DNA of 64,000 nt, from assembly GCF_035084215.1 (NCBI RefSeq), contig NC_090332.1, positions 1,922,001 to 1,986,000 of the forward strand, written 5' to 3'. Below the pieces are notes generated by a model. That model did no database searches. It had not been told where the DNA came from and saw only the letters and a program-made list of their open reading frames with translations. Position numbers and translations under genes: made by a program. Each line of letters begins with the position of its first letter. Positions within the stretch are counted from its first letter, which is position 1. Below, in pieces: positions 26,476 to 37,709 of the stretch. This stretch comes from Heptranchias perlo. Its lineage: Eukaryota.

Positions 26476-27137
26476 TTCAAAATAAAATTGTTGGACTATA
26501 ACTTGGTGTTGTAAAATTGTTTACAATATGATCATGGCTGATCCTCTATCTCAATACCATATTCCCGCTCTCTCCCCATACCCCTTGATGCCTTTTGTGT
26601 CTAGAAATCTATCTAGCTCCTTCTTAAATATATTCAGTGACTTGGCCTCCACTGCCTTCTGTGGTAGAGAATTCCACTGGTTCACCACCCTCTGAGTAAA
26701 GAAATTTCTCCTCATGTCAGTCCCAAATGTCCTACCCCATATCCTGAGACTGTGACCCCTCGTTCTGGACCCCCCAGCCAGGGGAAACATCCTCCCTGCA
26801 TCCAGTCTGTCTAACCCTGTCACAATTTTATATGTTTCAATGAGATCCCCTCTCATTCTTCTAAACTTGAGTGAATATAGGCCGAGTCGACCCAATCTCT
26901 CCTCATACGACAGTCCTGCCGGGAATCAGTCTGGTGAACCTTTGCTGCACTCCCTCTATGGCAAGTATATCCTTTCTTAGGTAAGGAGACCAAAACTGCT
27001 CACAATACTCCAGGTGTGGTCTCACCAAGGTCCTGTATAACTGCAGTAAGACATCCTTGCTCCTGTACTCAAATCTTCTTGCAATGAAGGCCAGCACACC
27101 ATTTGCCTTCCTAACTGTTTGCTGCACCTGCATGTTT

Positions 27138-29686
27138 CAAACAGTGTGAGGGGCACAGAGGGTGCAAAATTCTTGATCGGTGTCCAGGAGAACTTTTTTA
27201 GCCAGTACATGACAAGCCCAACAAGAGGGGATGCAATTCTAGATTTAGTCCTGGGAAATGAAGATGGGCAAGTGGGTGAAGTGACAGTGGGTGACCATAT
27301 TGGGGATAGTGACCACAATTCAGTTAGTTTTAGCATTATTATGGAAAAGGACAGTTAAATCAGGAGTAAACGTTTTAAGTTGGGGGAAGGCAAATTTTGC
27401 AGAACGAAGAGGTGATTTGGCAGAAGTGGACTGGACACAATTATTTGAGGAGAAATCAGTGGCAAGCCAGTGGGAGGCAATAAAAAGTGAAACTCTACGG
27501 GTACAATGCAGACACGTCCCCTCAAAGAAAAAGGGTGGCACTGCCAAATTTAGAGCCCCCTGGTTGTCCAGAAGTATACGGGGCAAGATAAAGCAGAAAA
27601 AGGAAGCTTATGACTGTCACAGAAAACTAAATACTGCAGAATGCCTAGAGGAGTATAGAAAGTACAGGGATGACATAAAAAAGGAAAGCAAAGAGAGGGC
27701 ATGAAAAAATATTAGCCAGTAAGATTAAAGAAAACCCAAAGATGTTTTATCAGTACATCAAGAACAGGAGGATAGCTAAGGAAAAGGTGGGACCTATCAG
27801 GGATGATAAGGGTAACTTGTGTGTAGAAGCAGAGGATGTGGGTAGGGTTTTAAATGAATATTTTGTCTCCGTATTCACAAAGGAAAGGGATGATCCGGAC
27901 ATAGTAGTTAAAGAGGAGAGGTGTGAAATATTGGATAAGGTAAACATAACGAGAGAGGAAGTACTAGAGGGACTGGAATCCTTGAAAGTTGATAAGTCAC
28001 CAGGGCCGGATGGATTGTTTCCTAGGCTATTGAAGGAAGCCAGGGAGGAAATAGCGGATGCTCTGAGGATCATTTTCCAATCCTCACTAGATACAGGGGA
28101 GGTACCGGAGGACTGGAAGACTGCAAACATAGTACCATTGTTTAAAAAGGGTACAAGGGAAAGGCCGAACAATTATAGGCCGGTCAGTCTTACCTCGGTG
28201 GTGGGCAAATTATTAGAATCAATACTGAGAGATAGGATAAACTGTCACTTGGAAAGGCATGGTTTAATCAGGGATAGTCAGCATGGATTTATTCAGGGAA
28301 GGTCATGCCTTATAAATCTGATTGAATTCTTTGAGGAAGTGACAAGGAGGATTGATGAGGGTAGTGCAGTGGATGTTGTCTACATGGATTTTAGTAAGGC
28401 ATTTGACAAGGTCCCACATGGCACACTGGTCAGAAAGGTAAAAGCCCATGGGATACAGGGAAATGTGGCAAATTGGATCCAAAATTGGCTCAGTAACAGA
28501 AAACAAAGGGTAAAAGTCAATGGATGTCTTTGTAAATGGAAATCTGTTTCCAATGGTGTGCCACAGGGCTCAGTGTTGGGTCCCTTGCTGTTTGTGGTAC
28601 ATATTAATGATTTGGACTGGAATGTAGGGGGCATGATTGGAAAATTTGCAGACGACACAAAAATTGGCCGTGTAGTTGATAGTGAAGAGGATAGCTGTAG
28701 ACTCCAAGAAGATATCAATGGGTTGGTGGAGTGGGCGGAAAAGTGGCAAATGGAGTTCAACCCGGAGAAGTGTGAGGTAATGCACTTAGGGAGGGCAAAC
28801 AGTAAAAGGGAATACACAGTAAACGGGAATATATTGAGAAGGGTAGAGGAAGTGAGAGACCTTGGAGTGCATGTGCACAGGTCCCTGAAGGTGGCAGTAC
28901 AGGTAGATAAGGTTGTGAAGAAGGCATACGGAATGCTCTCCGTTATTAGCCGAGGCATAGAATACAAAAGCAGGGATGTAATGATGGAACTGTATAAAAC
29001 GCTGGTAAGGCCACAGCTGGAGTATTGTGCGCAGTTCTGGTCACCACATTACAGGAAGGACGTAATTGCTCTGGAGAGAGTGCAGAGAAGATTTACAAGA
29101 ATATTGCCAGAGCTTGAAAATTGCAGCTACAAGGAGAGATTGGATAGGCTGGGGTTGTTTTCCTTGGAGCAGAGGAGGCTGAGGGGTGACTTGATTGAGG
29201 TGTACAAAATTATGAGGGACCCAGATAGAGAATTGCAGCTACGAGATTGGATAGGCTGGGATTGTTTTCCTTGGAGCAGAGGAGGCTGAGGGTTGACTTG
29301 ATTGAGGTGTACAAAATTATGAGGGGCCCAGATAGAATAGACAGGAAGTATCTGTTTCCCCTAGCGGAGAGTTCAAGAACTAGAGGACATAGATTTAAGC
29401 TGATTGGTGGAAGGATTAGAGGGGACATGAGGAAAAGCTTTTTTACCCAGAGGGTGGTGGGTGTATGGAATTCGCTGCCCGAATTGGTGGTTGAGGCAGG
29501 GATACTCAACTCTTTTAAAAAGTACCTGGACCTGCACCTAAAGTGCTGTAAGCTGCAGGGCGACGGACTGGGTGCTGAAAGGTGGGATTAGAATGGGCAC
29601 CCGGTTGTTCTTCGAACCGGTGCGGACACGATGGGCCGAATGGCCCCCTTCTGTGCTGTATCTTTTCTATGGTTCTAGGGTTCTAA
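27138..29686 (+). mobile_element. 5'-truncated CR1 LINE (RT ORF 27742-29289) with a ~110-bp internal tandem duplication near 29120-29335
   Basis: APE C-terminus and RT motifs; TTCTATGG-type tail; GTTT repeated at 27134-37 and 29687-90. Confidence 0.92.
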
Positions 29687-31505
29687 GTTTGCTTTCAGTG
29701 ACTGGCGTACAAGGACACCCAAGTCCCTTTGTACATCAACATTTCCCAATCTATCACCATTTAAATATTACTCTGCCTTTCTGTTTTTCCTTCTGAAGTG
29801 GATAACTTCACTTTTATCCACATTGTACTGCATCTGCCATGTATTTGCCCACTCACTCACTTATCTAAATCGCCTTGAAGCCGCTTTACATCGTCCTCAC
29901 AACTTACGATCCCACCTAGTTTTGTGTCTCAGCAAACTTGGAAATATTACATTTGATTCCCTCATCCAAATTATTGATATATATTGTGAATAGCTGGGGC
30001 CCAAGTACTGATCCCTGTGGTGCCCCACTCGTCACTGCCTGCCACCCGAAAAAGACCCATTTATCCCTACTATCTGTTAACCAATTTTCAAACCATGCCA
30101 GTATATTACTGCCAATCCCATGTGCTTTAATTTTGCACACTAACCTCTTATGTGGGACTTTATCAAAGGCCTTCTGAAAATCCAAATAAACCACATCCAA
30201 TGGTTCTCCCTTATCTATTCTACCAGTTACATCCTCAAAAAACTCCAGTAGGTTTGTCAAACATGATTTCCCTTTCATAAATCCATGTTGACTTTGTCTA
30301 ATCCTGTCGATATTTTCTAAATGTCCTGTTATCACATCCTTTATAATAGATTCTAGCATTTTCCCTACTACTGATGTTGGGCTAACCGATCTGTCGTTCC
30401 CTGTTTTCTCTCTTCCTCCTTTTTTAAATAGTGGGTTTACATTTGCCACCCTCCAATCTGCAGGAATTGTTCCATAATCTATAGAATTTTGGAAGATGAC
30501 AACTAATGCATCCACTATTTCCATAGCTACCTCTTTTAGTACTCTAGAATGCAGATTATCAGGTCCTGGGGATTTATTGGCTTTCAGTCCCATTAATTTC
30601 TCCAGCACTATTTTTTTACTAATACTAATTTCCTTTAATTCCTCCTTCTCACTAGTCCCTTGGTTCCCTAGCATTTCTGGGAAGTTATTTGTGTCCTTTT
30701 CCGTGAAGACAGAACCAAAGTATTTGTTTAATTGCTCTGCCATTTCATTGTTCCCCATTATAAATTCTCCCATTTCTGACTGTAAGGACCTACATTTGTC
30801 TTCACTAATCTTTTTCTTTTTACGTACTTGTAGAAGCTTTTACAGTCCACTTTTATGTTCCTTGCAAGTTTACTCTCGTACTCTATTTTTCCCCTCTTAA
30901 TTAATCTCATGGTCCTTTCTTGCTGAATTCTAAACTGCTCCCAATCCTCAGGCTTGCTACTTTTTCTGGCAACTTTATATGACTCCACTTTGGATCTAAT
31001 ACTATCCTTAATTTATTTTGTTAGCCATGGTTGGGTCACTTTTCTTTTTGTGTTTTTGCACCAGAAACGAATGTATAATTGTTGCAATTCATGCATTCGT
31101 TCCTTAAATGTTAGCCATTGCCTATCCACCGTCATGCCTTTTAATGAAGCTTCCCAATCTATCATAGCCAACTCACTCCTCATACCTTTGTAGTTTCCTT
31201 TGCTTAGATTTAGGACTCTAGTTTCGGATTGGACTGCTTCACTTTCCATCTTAATGAAGAATTCTATCATGTTATGGTCACTCTTCCCTAAAGGACCCCA
31301 CACAACAATATTATTAATTAATCCCTTCTCATTACACAATACCCAATCTAGGATAGCCTGTTCCCTGCTTGGCTCCTCAATGTACTGGTCTAAAAAACCA
31401 TCTCGTACACAGTCCAGGAATTCATCCTCTGCAGTATTATTGCTAATTTGGTTTGGCCAGTCTATTTGTAGATTAAAGTCACCCATGATTACTGTAGTAC
31501 CGTTG

Positions 31506-31620
31506 GGTTAAGAGGGGCTGTTCTGTGTTAACAGGGGCTGTTCTGTGTTAAGAGGGGCTGTTCTGTGTTAACAGGGGCTGTTCTGTGTTAAGAGGGGCTG
31601 TTCTGTGTTAAGAGGTGCTG
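31506..31620. repeat. 20-bp minisatellite (AGGGGCTGTTCTGTGTTAAG)n, right half of the split array
   Basis: Direct periodicity; homologous to 24204-24297. Confidence 0.85.
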
Positions 31621-31786
31621 CTATGTTATCCTGTGTATGGAAGGTAATGCCATGAATGAAACCGGCAACTGACTTTACACAGAATACTCAGACAATGAAA
31701 ATACACTCACAAGATCCTTGAAAATGGCCCTTTTTCTTTCTTATAGGACCTGGGCTGCTCCCATCCAGACTCCACTGACCTGTGAC

Positions 31787-32508
31787 AAATGCAGCACTCC
31801 CTCAGCACTGCCCCTCCGACAGTGCAGCACTCCCTCAGCACTGCCCCTCCGACAGTGCAGCACTCCCACAGTACTGACCCTCCGACAGTGCAGCACTCCC
31901 ACAGGACTGCCCCTCCGACAGTGCAGCACTCCCACAGTACTGACCCTCCGACAGTGCAGCACTCCCACAGTACTGACCCTCCGACAGTGCAGCACTCCCA
32001 CAGTACTGCCCCTCCGACAGTGCAGCACTCCCACAGTACTGACCCTCCGACAGTGCAGCACTCCCACAGGACTGCCCCTCCGACAGTGCAGCACTCCCAC
32101 AGTACTGACCCTCCGACAGTGCAGCACTCCCTCAGCACTGCCCCTCCGACAGTGCAGCACTCCCACAGGACTGCCCCTCCGACAGTGCAGCACTCCTACA
32201 GGACTGCCCCTCCGACAGTGCAACACTCCCTCAGTACTGCCCCTCCAACAGTGCAGCACTCCCTCAGTACTGTCCCTCCAACAGTGCAACACTCCCTCAG
32301 TACTGACCCTCCGACAGTGCAACACTCCCTCAGTACTGACCCTCTGACAGTGCAACACTCCCTCAGTACTGACCCTCCGACAGTGCTGCACTCCCTCAGT
32401 ACTGACCCTCCGACAGTGCAACATTCCCTCAGTACTGACCCTCTGACAGTGCAACACTCCCTCAGTACTGACCCTCCGACAGTGCAGCAGTCCCTCAGTA
32501 CTGAGGGA
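31787..32508. repeat. 33-bp minisatellite (CAGTGCAGCACTCCC(T/A)CAGTACTGACCCTCCGA)n, SINE-related
   Basis: 33-bp periodicity; unit matches an internal segment of the SINEs at ~48895-48920 and ~51803-51826. Confidence 0.95.
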
Positions 32509-32640
32509 TTAATGTAAACTCAAATGAGTCAGCATTTGGCCTGGTCCCACTACAGATAAAGGGACCTGATGGAGGCAGTAGATGTTTGTGAACCGAGTTC
32601 AGTGTTCCCCAGTGATCTATGTTTCTTACTGATGCTGCAG

Positions 32641-32821
32641 TCACCATATCTTCTGGATATGTTACAGAACAGTCGTCTTCCCATGAAATGGTTTGGTCTT
32701 CAAAGGTTATTGGGGCTGTCACAGGCTCCCTCCTGGGATTACTTATCCTAATCTGTGTTCTTGTGGCAATATTCTACATACGACCATGGATTTGTTTCAC
32801 CAGCACTGCAAAACCAGATGG
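32641..32821 (+). CDS. VJ-VJ receptor exon 4: Ser/Thr-rich stalk + transmembrane helix
   Basis: CTGCAG| acceptor (phase 1), GG|GTAAGT donor (phase 2); VIGAVTGSLLGLLILICVLVAIFYI followed by R. Confidence 0.88.
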
Positions 32822-33243
32822 GTAAGTATCACACCTGTGTTATGATCATTTTTAAACCCGTCCCCTGAAATGATTGGTACACATATGAGATGCTGATAAG
32901 ACTCGACGCCTGGGGCAGGACCTTGCCCAGCAGGACTGCAGATCGGAGGATTGATTGGCCTTAATTCCTGGAAGATTGGGCGTGTTGAGAACCACGTGCA
33001 TTCCCACTGCACCCAATTCATATCAACACACGCAAAAAAAACAGCTGATCAATCGGGCCTGTCGCACCCTGGTATGGTGAAGCTCAGCACATCACCCCCA
33101 CATCTCTCCCCTACACACCCAGGGAACCGCCCAATCTCCTGGGAGAGGCAAAAAAAAACACAGAAAGAAACCTTGGGCCTGTTTAAGAAATAAAACCTCT
33201 ATGAAACAAAAGTATACTGGAAATAATGTTAATCCAGAGTTCT

Positions 33244-34160
33244 ACTCTCTCTCTCTGCCTCTGTCTCTGTCTCTCTCTCTGCCTCTGTCTGTCTCTCTCT
33301 GTCTCTCTCTCGCTCTCTCTCTCTGTCTCTCTCTGCCAGCACCAGGCTCAATCCCCGGGAGTCTGACCGTGGGTGAGGAGAGGGAGCTCAGCCTTTCCTC
33401 TCTGGGTCCAGAGACAGCCTGCCAGCACCAAGCTCAGTCTCTGGGGGTCTAAGCATGGGTGAGGAGAGGGAGCTCAGCCTTTCCTCGTGGGGTCCAGAGG
33501 AGCACTCCTGCTTCACCAAGTGCCACTAAGGAAAGTTTCTTGACTTACCTTTACAGAGCTTTCTCTCCCCTTGAATGGGGGCACCAGCAATGGCTATCAC
33601 CATTCACTAGGCCATTAAAATGCCATCATGGATGTTATAGGACCCCGATTAGCATATATTAATGAGGCGGGCACCTAACTAAAGGACCCAGTAAAGATGC
33701 TGGGCTGGACTGGAGCGGGAACAGGACAGTAAGTCTTTCCATAGCTATGGCCAGCGCAAGTTGAAGTTCCCCCCTCTCTCTCTCATTCTTTTTCCCTCGG
33801 TTGTTCTCTCTTTCTCCCCTGCTCGCACCCTTTCTACCTCTTCCACTCACTCTTTCTCATTCTTTCTCTATCTCTCTTAGCCTTTCTCTCTTTCGCTCTT
33901 AATCCTTCTCTCTTGCTCTTTCTCACTCTTTGTTTCTCGTTCTTTTTCAATTTTTCTCTCGCTCTCTCACTCCTTTCCTCTGTGCTCCCTCACTTTCTCC
34001 CACTCTCTCTCATTTTCTTTCCCCCTCACTTTCTCTTATTATTTCTCTCTCTAATTCTTTCTTCACTCTTGCTCTTTCTGTGCTCTCTTTTTAAGCGTGA
34101 CAGGCCTTGTATGTGTTATAAAGAAGCCAAGACTCTTGTTCTCTCTGATCTCTTTCTCTA
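33244..34160. repeat. (CT)n and pyrimidine-rich low-complexity tracts (33244-33334, ~33770-34160)
   Basis: Direct composition. Confidence 0.7.
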
Positions 34161-34463
34161 TATATCTGGGGGCTTTATACTTATTGGGGGTCATTTTCAC
34201 CATCATTGCCCGGGCAGTAATCTGGCAGCCGATCGCCCACTCATTGGGTAACTCGCCCTAATTTTTATTGGATTGAAACGAATGGGATGAGAATCGGGTG
34301 GGTTCTACAATAGGAGGGTGATCAATCTGTCCGTTTACTGCCCAGTCGTTGGATGAGACAGTTACCCCCATTGTGTTGGTTAGATGTACAGGAGAGCATT
34401 GTTCTGTAGTAAAGATGCTGCAAATTAACCCATGTGTTTATCTGGTGTGCGACATTTATTTAG

Positions 34464-34507
34464 GGCCCCGGATGCAGAGCCGGAAGCCATATATTCAAAT
34501 GTGGATG
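34464..34507 (+). CDS. VJ-VJ receptor exon 5: cytoplasmic GAPDAEPEAIYSNVD
   Basis: TTTATTTAG| acceptor, G|GTAAGA donor; 44 nt converts phase 2 to phase 1 exactly as the flanking exons require; contains a tyrosine motif. Confidence 0.78.
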
Positions 34508-35370
34508 GTAAGAGAATCAATTCTGTACTTACTGTCGCACATGGAGTGGTTTTGAATTCAAGAGATGATTCCAAGTACAGATAGTTGCGCCAAACATTGA
34601 TCGCAGCCTCGATCGGCCCAGGTGACCGCCAGCAGGGTAGGGAGGGGAGGGGGGTCGCGATCGCGGAGGTGGGGGACCCCGGTGTTACTGCCAGCAGGGT
34701 AGGTCGGGGGGGCAGGGGAGGGTCATGATCGCAGAGGGGGGGGGGCGCCCCAGGGTGGCAGCGGCCCAGATTATTTTTGTGTGCTCAGGAAGCTCACTCC
34801 TGCTCCTCTGAGGGGCCCAGAAAATAATGCCACATTTACCTTTGTGGGCCTATGGAATTGATCGGAGTGAGCAAAGCGCAGGCTCCAACCAGCTCCACCT
34901 TGAAATGGCAATCACGGTCCCAATTACATCACATGACCCTGATTTCCATATTAAAAGGGGCCGATCGCCTGAAACAGGCGGGCGATTTGGACACACAATG
35001 ATACGCCCCTTTTAAAATGGCGGCAGCCACATCACCGGTGGTTATGGGACGAGAAGGTCACCAACCCCAGTCTGACCCCGTTACCCTCCCTGCCCCGTTA
35101 ATACCAGGCGAGGGCAGTCAAATCCCCCCCCCACCACCTTGACCTTGCTTACACCATTGAAATGATTTGAAAAGGAAATGGGATTAAACAGCCCCGTTGA
35201 AGAGCTGGCACCAGCACTGGCACGCTGGGCCAAATGGCCTCCTTCTGTGCTGTCATTCCTGTGGTTCCACGATCACCACTGAGATAATCAAGCAGCCTCA
35301 TTGCATCTTTCAAACAACAGTCTCTCCATCCTTCAGTGAACAGTGTGTGAAATGTTGTATTTTATTTCAG

Positions 35371-35411
35371 CTCCAACATGGGCTCCCACTGAACCAGCTC
35401 CTCCTACTGAG
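35371..35411 (+). CDS. VJ-VJ receptor exon 6: cytoplasmic proline-rich APTWAPTEPAPPTE
   Basis: TTTTATTTCAG| acceptor, GAG|GTGAGT donor; 41 nt, phase 1 to 0. Confidence 0.8.
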
Positions 35412-35463
35412 GTGAGTAAATCAGGTGAGAAATATCAAGCTGGCCCTGGGTTTTCCGCCTCTC

Positions 35464-35655
35464 NNNNNNNNNNNNNNNNNNNNNNNNNNNNNNNNNNNNN
35501 NNNNNNNNNNNNNNNNNNNNNNNNNNNNNNNNNNNNNNNNNNNNNNNNNNNNNNNNNNNNNNNNNNNNNNNNNNNNNNNNNNNNNNNNNNNNNNNNNNNN
35601 NNNNNNNNNNNNNNNNNNNNNNNNNNNNNNNNNNNNNNNNNNNNNNNNNNNNNNN
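35464..35655. other. Assembly gap (run of N) in intron 6
   Basis: N run; followed by a CR1-like 3' tail (TTCGTATG repeats). Confidence 0.99.
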
Positions 35656-36144
35656 GGGATGCTCCGGCCGCACGGTGTGGGGCAGCTTGATGGACCAGCT
35701 GGTCTTTTCCTGCCCATCATTTTCGTATGTTCGTATGTAAGTTCACTGATTAAACCAACTTTTCCTCATCCTATTATGCAGTAACTGGTTACAGAAGAAA
35801 CAGACTGTAACATAAAATCTTCACTGTAAATCTGCCCCATTCAGAGATGAACGATGCTAATTTAATGTAAGTCAGACTAGAAGCTGGAGTCTCCAGCGTC
35901 CTGGTATCTGATCTCTAATATGGGAGAATAGATATTACAAATAGAAATTATTTTTTTTAAAAATCTGGTGTCTGTATAGAAAGAAAGATTTGAATTTATA
36001 TAGCGCCTTTCACAACCTCAGGACGTCCCAAAGTGTTTTACAGCCAATGAAGTACTTTTGAAGTGTAGATCTGTTGGATCAGCAGTCACATCCTTATTAG
36101 GATCACACATAACTGAAGCAAGCTGGCTGTTCTGTACTAAAAAT

Positions 36145-36474
36145 GTCTTTTGGATGAGACATTAAACCGAGGCCCCGTCTGCCCTCTCAGGTGAATATTA
36201 AAGATCCCATGACTCTATTTGAAGAAGAGCAGGAGAGTTCTCCCCAGCATCCTGGCCAATATTTATTCCTCAACCAATGTCACTGAAACCAATTATCTGG
36301 TCATTATCACATCGCTCATTGTGGGATCTTGCTGTGCGCAAATTGGCTGCTGCGTTTCCTATATTATGACAACGACCACACTTCAAAAAGTACTTCATTG
36401 GCTGTAAAGCGCTTTGGGAGTCGCTGAGGTCATGAAAGGCGCTATATAAATGCACGTCTGTCTTTTTCCTTTCT
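36145..36474 (+). mobile_element. 5'-truncated Deu-domain SINE (SacSINE1/AmnSINE1-like)
   Basis: GGATGAGAC.TTAAACCGAGGCCCCGTC...AAAGATCCCATG...AAAGGCGCTATATAAATGCA; partial copies also at ~35978-36068, ~38375-38460 and ~40209-40365. Confidence 0.8.
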
Positions 36475-37401
36475 AAAAAGATTTGTTAAATAAATGACCA
36501 GAAAGGAGAGGAGATTTGTACCCTGTCATTCTGGCCTAGAGTGGAGAGAAGCCAGACCCGAGTGTGCTAATCATCACGCCACCCATTCCTCCAATTTAAT
36601 TTCACTGCTATGGTCAGACGCTCAGTGAAACATTCTAGGAGCTGATCTTTTACACACCTTTAACCAGAGGTGCCCAAGGGTTTTGTCTTTGTGGGCTGCA
36701 GAAGTTCACAGCTCGGAGCCACAGCGCCATGTACAGAGGGTGACATTAATCTTCACCAGCAGTGTAAAGCAGGCTCCTGGTGAATCCACAGCACGTTTAC
36801 ACCACTCCCGACGTTCGGTTCCGTTCACTTCAATAGAAAAGTAAATCAGGCGCAGTGTATAACAGGGATGCTGATTCGCCAACCAGGGCAACCCAACGAT
36901 CACAGCCTTACCGATCCATTAACCCCAAACATGGGGCCGCACCATCTTGGAACAGGCCTACAGCTGGGGCCTGAAGCACCTGCCTCGTTCAGGTGGTAGT
37001 ACCTTTTTAATATGCAAATCATGGTCACAGGGCCCCCTGTGCCTTTTTAGGTGCGCCCTGCGATCGGGAGATAGAGCCAAGGAGGCCTGGAGGAGCGGGA
37101 GTAATCGGACCCTGTACTTACACGCTGGCGGCTGGGCGGCCCAATATAAATCAGGCTGGGGCCATCAAAATGGTGGCTGCCTCTCCGCAGAGGGTACGGG
37201 AGACCGGTCAGCGCGCTCCGCCAGTCAGCCACCCCAACGTCAAGATTGACCACCATGGGCGAAGAGCAGAGAAAAATAACAGCAACAAAATAACCGTGGT
37301 GTTCGATTTCCACTGACAGCCAGAACTCGTCCGTGTCGTGTCGTGTCCTGCTGCACCGCTCGCCTTGTATATCAACAATAACTGTTTCTGTTATATTGCA
37401 G

Positions 37402-37518
37402 TCAGGTGAAGGTGAAATCTATTACACCGAGCTTCAACTCCCACGACAAGGCACCAGCCAGCCGACAGTGAGAGGTACTGAGAGTAACACTGTGTATGCT
37501 GCTGTGAGATACGCATAA
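37402..37518 (+). CDS. VJ-VJ receptor exon 7 (terminal): ITIM IYYTEL + ITSM TVYAAV, stop
   Basis: TTGCAG| acceptor, phase 0; SGEGEIYYTELQLPRQGTSQPTVRGTESNTVYAAVRYA*. Confidence 0.88.
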   Translation, partial: SGEGEIYYTELQLPRQGTSQPTVRGTESNTVYAAVRYA

Positions 37519-37709
37519 CCACCTGAAGGTTTTCCCAGAAGATTCTTTGGTAACCGTGGCTGTTGTCAGTCAGGAGGGACTTCTTCATACGCTCCTGTAT
37601 GATCGTCTGTCCTTTCCCAAATATGGACAGGACTAGAAACTATCAGATAAACGACTGGTATCCAAACCAGGAGGTGCCATCAACAAAAGCTGAGCAAGAA
37701 AGAGATACG

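Larger units (their letters stand above)
24373..26527. mobile_element. Penelope-like element: two inverted 3' portions (GIY-YIG endonuclease + pLTR) with 13-bp TSD CAATATGATCATG
   Basis: NVVYLIRC..C...YIGET...LRQRMNGH GIY-YIG motif on both strands (24731-25105 -, ~25500-26174 +); TSD at 24363-75 and 26524-36. Confidence 0.93.
24298..31502 (-). mobile_element. Decayed CR1 LINE (APE-RT-3' tail) hosting a Penelope element and another CR1
   Basis: 3' tail (CATAGAAA)n at 24298; - strand ORF fragments at 26551-27133, 29916-30773 and 31013-31486 are collinear once the inserts are removed. Confidence 0.9.

Noticed and set aside
31707-32517. Cys/His-rich ORFs here and at 52486-53105
   Set aside because: Translations of the 33-bp and 62/67-bp minisatellites
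34167-37320. GC-rich patches (~34167-34350, ~34590-35130, ~36720-37300) that look like decayed MITEs
   Set aside because: Could not define paired TIRs or TSDs reliably by eye
14534-37518. Calling the receptor PD-1, NKp30, CD8 or SIRP
   Set aside because: Two VJ domains, an uncharged TM and no C domains or Lck-binding motif fit none of them; symbol left blank
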